Positions 35,584 to 40,157 of a stretch of 40,157 nucleotides of DNA are shown here, piece by piece (position 1 is the first letter of the stretch; the number at the start of each line of letters is the position of its first letter). The position numbers and the translations under genes were made by a program. Source of the DNA: a virus (lineage: Duplodnaviria > Caudoviricetes); IMG/VR virus record IMGVR_UViG_3300048988_000010, positions 1 through 40,157 of that record. One strand, given 5' to 3'. A model generated the notes under the pieces. The model was not told the origin of the DNA. It saw nothing but the letters and a program-made list of their open reading frames with translations, and did no database searches.

Positions 35584-35886
35584 ATGATAAACTTGCAATT
35601 AGAAATGAACCTTGATAATCTTAGTAATTCTGATTTGAAATTTGTTGACATGGAAAAACAAATCAGTATAATGTCGGAATCTCTGCATAAAGTTAGAAAG
35701 AAGCTTTTTGCAGAGATTGGGGAGTTGAAAAAGACTCTGCAATCTGTGCAACTGTCTAACACTGAGATTTTGCAACAATTACAAGAAGCTAACGAAAAAC
35801 TAGGGTTGAGAAATGAAGTTAAATTTAGCTATGAGAAAAAAGATTGCCTTTTTAGTATCGAAGAAGCTAGCGAAGCTACGGGTTAA
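35584..35886 (+). CDS. Coiled-coil hypothetical protein on the opposite strand to its neighbours
   Basis: 100 aa with its own promoter and RBS. Confidence 0.75.
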   Translation: MINLQLEMNLDNLSNSDLKFVDMEKQISIMSESLHKVRKKLFAEIGELKKTLQSVQLSNTEILQQLQEANEKLGLRNEVKFSYEKKDCLFSIEEASEATG

Positions 35887-35960
35887 TGTAGATGATATTC
35901 GTGACGCCACGAAAATGATTGATTGCATTCACTCGCTTCAAGCATATGAATTGTCCAGGC

Positions 35961-36359
35961 TTAAAACTCGAATTCAATAATCACACCCATTTTTCTACTT
36001 TTTTCTTGCTTGTACTCCCAATTGATCCTTGCATCTGAATCGTTACGACCTCTAACGGCAATTGTACGGCCTGTTTTTGATTGAGATGTGCTTACTATTC
36101 GATCGCTGCAAACAAGGTCACTGAGCTCATCCCTAATCCATTTAAATGCCATTTGTAAGTTGTCGCTATCTAACTTACGTGAAGCGCATCTAGTCATCGT
36201 TATTTTGACTGGAAGCGTGACTTGCTCGATGTATTGAAGATATGCCATGCGAACAAAGAAAGCTTGCTCTTTATGACGTTTACTTTTCTTCGTCCAATGC
36301 TCAGTACAATTTGCTTCACTAACTGTTTTTATGGGTAACTCAAAGATTTTAGTCGTCAT
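35961..36359 (-). CDS. RusA-like Holliday junction resolvase / endonuclease
   Basis: ITMTR...LDSDNL..AFKWIRD...DSD acidic motif pattern. Probable start MTTK at 36359. Confidence 0.7.
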   Translation of the reverse strand: MTTKIFELPIKTVSEANCTEHWTKKSKRHKEQAFFVRMAYLQYIEQVTLPVKITMTRCASRKLDSDNLQMAFKWIRDELSDLVCSDRIVSTSQSKTGRTIAVRGRNDSDARINWEYKQEKSRKMGVIIEFEF

Positions 36360-36537
36360 TATGAAACCTGTAAAAAAAAGCATAATATATTAAGAAAAAA
36401 ATTCCACACATGATCATATATATTTCAATATATTCTCTGTAACAAATAATTTTAATTATTTCATCCATTTCAGCCTAAAAAATCGTTATTTTTTGTGTAA
36501 AATCGTTATAGCCGCTTAACTTCTCTTGTATTTTCCG

Positions 36538-36729
36538 TCATAATTGGATATTTTCATACATTTCTTGCAAAACTCTGTACTGTCGTATCGAAATTCTACC
36601 GTTCTTACATAAACATCTATCGATACCAGCTAAAAACTTGGAGTCGAATCCTTTATTTTTTTTAGAGTAATCTACTAAATCGTAGTAGATGTCTAGTCGT
36701 GGGTCATCATCGAAAACGTGGTCTGACAT
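36538..36729 (-). CDS. Hypothetical protein
   Basis: 63 aa with GAGG RBS. Confidence 0.6.
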   Translation of the reverse strand: MSDHVFDDDPRLDIYYDLVDYSKKNKGFDSKFLAGIDRCLCKNGRISIRQYRVLQEMYENIQL

Positions 36730-36744
36730 TTTTTTCCTCTTTTT

Positions 36745-37614
36745 TTACTTATTTTTAGGTATCCACCATTTATTCTCTAATGTTTTTCTCAAATAGCCAA
36801 TAATATTTGGAACATCTTCACCTTTAGATTTTTTCCTGGCTATTTGACGTGTAACGTATCCGGATGCATTTGTAATTTCTTCATCAGAATATTTTGCACA
36901 GAATGAAAGTGCAGTCATTTCATCACATCCGTTTTTCATGAACCAGTTAAATGCTTGTCTTCTCGTATCCAGAGAAGAAACAGATAAATCTTTAGAATTT
37001 AAAGGACATACAGGAGCATCTTTAGGTGCTGGTTGTTGTTCATTAAACAAAGGGTTATTATTAATCTTGTTCTTCTTTGTGTCATGTGGTGACACTGCTC
37101 CCTGTATGGCGCCGTCATTTGGTGACAGTGCTTCGTAGGCGCCGTCATTTGGTGACAGTGCTTGCATCTCTAAAATAGATTTTCTTGTATTCATATATGC
37201 CCGATTGTATTTCCAGATATCAGCAACAATTAGCTTATGATATACAGTACAATTTTTTTGTATTCCGTCTTTTACTTTAGCTTTTTTATGTGCAGTGAGA
37301 ATAATCAAAGGTTTTCCATCAAGTTCATTAAACTTCTGTAAAAGTTCTTTTTTAGCATTGGTTACAGACCCAGCGCTCATATTGCAAAGTTCGGCTAAAT
37401 GATCTCTGTTCATCCAACAAGCTCCCGAATCCCCAGCTATTCTTTTGATTACTCGATATAATTCCTTAGCATAAATTGACAATCTTTTTGTAGTGATTTT
37501 CCCATCTTTCCCAATTTCACCGTATGTCAAATGGTCGATAATATGAGGAACCATTGCAAAATGTGAAGGTTCTGGATTTTGGAAACTGATTGAATAAAGT
37601 TCTGCTGGTGACAT
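36745..37614 (-). CDS. Replication initiator / replisome organiser
   Basis: Winged-HTH-like N-terminus (LYRVIKRIAG..CWMNRDHLAELCNMSAGSV), internal tandem repeats, C-terminal NIIGYLRKTLENKW. AGAAGG RBS before ATG 37614. Confidence 0.75.
   Translation of the reverse strand: MSPAELYSISFQNPEPSHFAMVPHIIDHLTYGEIGKDGKITTKRLSIYAKELYRVIKRIAGDSGACWMNRDHLAELCNMSAGSVTNAKKELLQKFNELDGKPLIILTAHKKAKVKDGIQKNCTVYHKLIVADIWKYNRAYMNTRKSILEMQALSPNDGAYEALSPNDGAIQGAVSPHDTKKNKINNNPLFNEQQPAPKDAPVCPLNSKDLSVSSLDTRRQAFNWFMKNGCDEMTALSFCAKYSDEEITNASGYVTRQIARKKSKGEDVPNIIGYLRKTLENKWWIPKNK
37079..37162. repeat. Three iteron-like repeats, probable replication origin
   Basis: GTCAT(T/G)TGGTGACA(G/C)TGCT at 37081, 37114 and 37144, each with a GTCA-N5-TGAC dyad; AT-rich tract at about 37040-37078. 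Confidence 0.75.
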
Positions 37615-37660
37615 GAGAAAGCCTTCTATGTACAATTGTTATTTTTTGTACGTAAGGCAC

Positions 37661-37689
37661 TTGAACAAAACGCTTGCTTGTGATATACT
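37661..37689 (+). promoter_or_regulatory. Sigma70-type promoter antisense to the rep leader
   Basis: TTGAAC-17 nt-TATACT with a TG extension. Confidence 0.6.
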
Positions 37690-37695
37690 TGAAGT

Positions 37696-37793
37696 GTTAA
37701 AGTTCAGGTATATCCGTTTGTTCAAAGTTCGTAGAGTTTGTTAGTGCCTTACGTACTTCAGCCCGTGACTAATATCACGGGCTTGTTTATTTT
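37696..37793 (+). ncRNA. Candidate ~95-nt antisense RNA
   Basis: Lies between the promoter above and the terminator below, with no ORF. Ends are approximate. Confidence 0.5.
37760..37793 (+). terminator. Rho-independent terminator
   Basis: AGCCCGTGA-ctaata-TCACGGGCT followed by TGTTTATTTT. Confidence 0.75.
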
Positions 37794-37909
37794 ATATTCC
37801 TAACAGCCTTAAAAGCCAAGTTAAAATTTCTCACCTTCTTTTCTATGATCATTTCTGCTGTCATATATCAAAGCAATGGCAAATATAATGATGCAGATGA
37901 ATGTTTCGC

Positions 37910-38179
37910 TCATAGCATTTTCCTTTGTACTTTTAGATTGTGCGTATTCGAATCCATGTGAAATCTGTTAAGCTCAATTTTAATATCAATAAGTTTGATA
38001 TTTGTATCGACTAGATCAGATTTAACTTTTCTTACTTCTTGCGTGAGTTCTTTCATGCTTTCTCTTATCAATCGATTATTCTCTCTAGAATCATTTCTTT
38101 CACATCCTGAGAGATAGCACATTGTGAATATGACAACAAAAACTTGAATACATTGTATTTTCATTAAAACCTCTTTCAT
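37910..38179 (-). CDS. Putative lipoprotein with coiled coil
   Basis: Hydrophobic stretch ending LSGC. Confidence 0.6.
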   Translation of the reverse strand: MKEVLMKIQCIQVFVVIFTMCYLSGCERNDSRENNRLIRESMKELTQEVRKVKSDLVDTNIKLIDIKIELNRFHMDSNTHNLKVQRKML

Positions 38180-38374
38180 TTAAAACTTTCCCTCTAACAA
38201 TTCTTTAGCTGTGATAAAACCCTCTGTTTCCTTCTCTAATGCCATAGCTAGCTTTTTTCCTGCCTTCTTATGACCGTGCATCACTTCTGACAAATAAGAC
38301 CTGTCATAACCGATTCTTTCTGCAAGCGTTCCAATTGTCATCTTCTTTCTAAATGTATATTCTATCAATTTCAT
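38180..38374 (-). CDS. Cro-like HTH transcriptional regulator
   Basis: TLAERIGYDRSYLSEVMHG...LAMALEKETEGFITAKEL; GGGAG RBS. Confidence 0.85.
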   Translation of the reverse strand: MKLIEYTFRKKMTIGTLAERIGYDRSYLSEVMHGHKKAGKKLAMALEKETEGFITAKELLEGKF

Positions 38375-38397
38375 GTATGTTCTCCCGGTTTTTTTAT

Positions 38398-38426
38398 ATT
38401 ATGCGCAAATCCTTGATTTTTAGCAA
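38398..38426 (-). promoter_or_regulatory. Leftward promoter (cro-rep operon)
   Basis: TTGCTA-17 nt-CATAAT on the minus strand. Confidence 0.55.
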
Positions 38427-38459
38427 TTTGTTTATTTTTAGCAAATGCAAACAAAAAGC

Positions 38460-38489
38460 TTGCGTTGAAAATACAACAAATGCTATATT
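38460..38489 (+). promoter_or_regulatory. Rightward early promoter
   Basis: TTGCGT-18 nt-TATATT with a TG extension. Confidence 0.55.
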
Positions 38490-38585
38490 TAAGTTATCAT
38501 AGCAACAGTCTCCCGAAAGCAGTAAATCGCCTAGGTTGTAGCAGTTGTCAGATAAACAACAAAACCAGAATGTAAGGGGTTATAC

Positions 38586-38750
38586 ATGTTAAATTTCGAG
38601 ATCACATACAAAGACCATACTTTTCAAGGCTTCATGCTTGAGAATGGCAAAAAAATAGTAGATTTCTACGCATCAGATGCTAGATTCTACGATGACGAGT
38701 TTGATTGCATAAAAGAAGAAGTTAAGCAAATTTTAGGAATGGTGGTTTAA
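38586..38750 (+). CDS. Hypothetical protein (54 aa)
   Basis: Read manually; AAGGGG RBS. Confidence 0.65.
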   Translation: MLNFEITYKDHTFQGFMLENGKKIVDFYASDARFYDDEFDCIKEEVKQILGMVV

Positions 38751-38879
38751 ATGGATTACGAAGATATCGGATATGAACCAAGTGATGATGTTGAAGAAAT
38801 TGAAAGAGATGAAGACGGATTTGAAGTGTGTGCTAGATGCTCGAATGGATGTAAATATTGCTTAATGCTGGAGGACTAA
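38751..38879 (+). CDS. Small acidic protein with CxxC-CxxC (42 aa)
   Basis: MDYEDIGYEPSDDVEEIERDEDGFEVCARCSNGCKYCLMLED. Confidence 0.6.
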   Translation: MDYEDIGYEPSDDVEEIERDEDGFEVCARCSNGCKYCLMLED

Positions 38880-39068
38880 ATGAAAGAAATAGAATTTGCT
38901 ATGGTTAAATACGAAAATGGAAAATATCACTTAGTAACTACAAGAGAGTTGCAATGGCATGTTGATTCTGATAGCGAAAGCATGGATGAACTTTTTAAAT
39001 TATACAAAGAAAAATATCCAGATCTAAATATCACAAGAATGATAGGTATTTCATATGACAACGAATGA
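38880..39068 (+). CDS. Hypothetical protein
   Basis: GGAGG RBS. Confidence 0.65.
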   Translation: MKEIEFAMVKYENGKYHLVTTRELQWHVDSDSESMDELFKLYKEKYPDLNITRMIGISYDNE

Positions 39069-39210
39069 AAAAGACTTGTTAAAACAATCGTTAAAAAAAC
39101 TTATTGATATGGATAATCCAATTGAAGATATTGAAAAAGTTCTTGTATTGATTGATATCATTATAAAAGAAATCGACATAAAAATACAGGCAGTCAATGA
39201 CATCAAATGA
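39055..39210 (+). CDS. Hypothetical protein (51 aa)
   Basis: Read manually: MTTNEKDLL... Confidence 0.5.
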   Translation: MTTNEKDLLKQSLKKLIDMDNPIEDIEKVLVLIDIIIKEIDIKIQAVNDIK

Positions 39211-39343
39211 AGTACGAAGCACTATAACAGACCTTAAGATTTTTCTTGATGATATTGAGTGTAAAACTTTAAGGCTCATGGATTTAATCTATCAAGCTGA
39301 AGAAAAACTATGCGATATTGAACTTAAAAAAATACAGAAATAA
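39197..39343 (+). CDS. Hypothetical protein (48 aa)
   Basis: Read manually: MTSNEVRST... Confidence 0.5.
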   Translation: MTSNEVRSTITDLKIFLDDIECKTLRLMDLIYQAEEKLCDIELKKIQK

Positions 39344-39354
39344 AGGAAAATATC

Positions 39355-40152
39355 ATGTCAAAATCAGAACAAATCAACGAGCTAGCCCTTGCATTATCAA
39401 AAGTGCAAGGAGAGATTGAAGGTGCAATCAAAGACGCTAACAATCCATTCTTTAAAAGCAAATATGCAGATCTTACGTCATGTTGGCAAGCTTGCAGAGA
39501 ACAGCTATCTAAAAACGGGATAGCGGTAGTACAAAGCGGAGATGATAGCGATACTCATCTATGCCTAACTACAACATTAATGCACTCATCCGGTCAATGG
39601 ATAGATGGAACGCATAAAATGGAAAAGAAAATTACAGAGAAAGATAAGACAAGACGTGATATGAATGCACAAGATATTGGCGCAGCTATTACTTATCTTC
39701 GTAGATTCTCTTTATGCTCACTTGTAGGAATATGTCCAGAAGATGAGGACGCGAATTCAATAAGTCCAACAGCTCAACGAAAAGATGTACATCATTCTCA
39801 GCAGCAGACTTGCTATACAATGACACATGAACAAGTTAAAGAAATAGATCATCTACTTACTCAATGTACACAAGAGTTTGTGAAAGCACATCATGTATTT
39901 CTACGTAACACATTGAAAGTCGAGTCAATGAGTTTAGTTGACAGCAGATATTATCATGAGTTTAAACAGCATGCGTTAGCAAATATTTCGACTACAAAAG
40001 CAAAAGTGGTTACACTCGAAGACAAAACTTCTCCTTCTGTATTTGACGTACCAAACACATCTTTTGCAGCTAAAGAATTGAATGATAAAAAAGAAGCTGT
40101 ACTAAATGAACTTAAACAAAAAAAAATTGAAAACGCAAAATTTGGTAAATAA
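39355..40152 (+). CDS. erf: ERF-family single-strand annealing protein
   Basis: KDANNPFFKSKYADL, TTLMHSSGQW and GAAITYLRRFSL motifs. Confidence 0.93.
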   Translation: MSKSEQINELALALSKVQGEIEGAIKDANNPFFKSKYADLTSCWQACREQLSKNGIAVVQSGDDSDTHLCLTTTLMHSSGQWIDGTHKMEKKITEKDKTRRDMNAQDIGAAITYLRRFSLCSLVGICPEDEDANSISPTAQRKDVHHSQQQTCYTMTHEQVKEIDHLLTQCTQEFVKAHHVFLRNTLKVESMSLVDSRYYHEFKQHALANISTTKAKVVTLEDKTSPSVFDVPNTSFAAKELNDKKEAVLNELKQKKIENAKFGK

Positions 40153-40157
40153 TGAAT

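Noticed and set aside
36478-36510. Short AAAATCGTTAT direct repeat
   Set aside because: 11 bp in AT-rich DNA, about 20 bp apart, with no enclosed gene; probably local slippage.
40152-40157. Terminal direct repeat (ATGAAT at both ends)
   Set aside because: Only 6 bp. It is either a real Met-Asn-Met-Asn start or leftover assembly overlap, and is not evidence of physical termini.

Overview
The window looks like a complete, circularly permuted ~40 kb genome of a short-tailed (podovirus-like) dsDNA phage. The ERF gene at the right end runs through a TAATG junction into the YqaJ exonuclease gene at position 1. Plus strand (1.4-27.6 kb): terminase, P22-like portal, scaffold, major capsid protein, tail and ejection proteins, two repeat-rich fibres, a glycosyltransferase and small basic proteins. 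Minus strand (27.6-38.4 kb): many small accessory genes, GroES, two DNA methyltransferases, a RusA-like nuclease, an iteron-containing replication initiator and a Cro-like HTH. I recognised no integrase, CI repressor, endolysin, reverse transcriptase or CRISPR array. Main oddities: (1) the portal frame is interrupted by an exact 60-nt hairpin insert carrying two in-frame stops, so full-length portal would need ribosomal bypassing, splicing or readthrough, and a degenerate tRNA-Arg(UCG) lies just downstream; (2) several accessory genes are bracketed by short direct repeats that copy a gene-start junction; (3) the C5 methyltransferase has a second same-strand overlapping frame carrying a motif IX-like block; (4) the replication initiator leader has a large nested palindrome plus a candidate antisense RNA. 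All product names come from recognising motifs by eye; no database searches were run.
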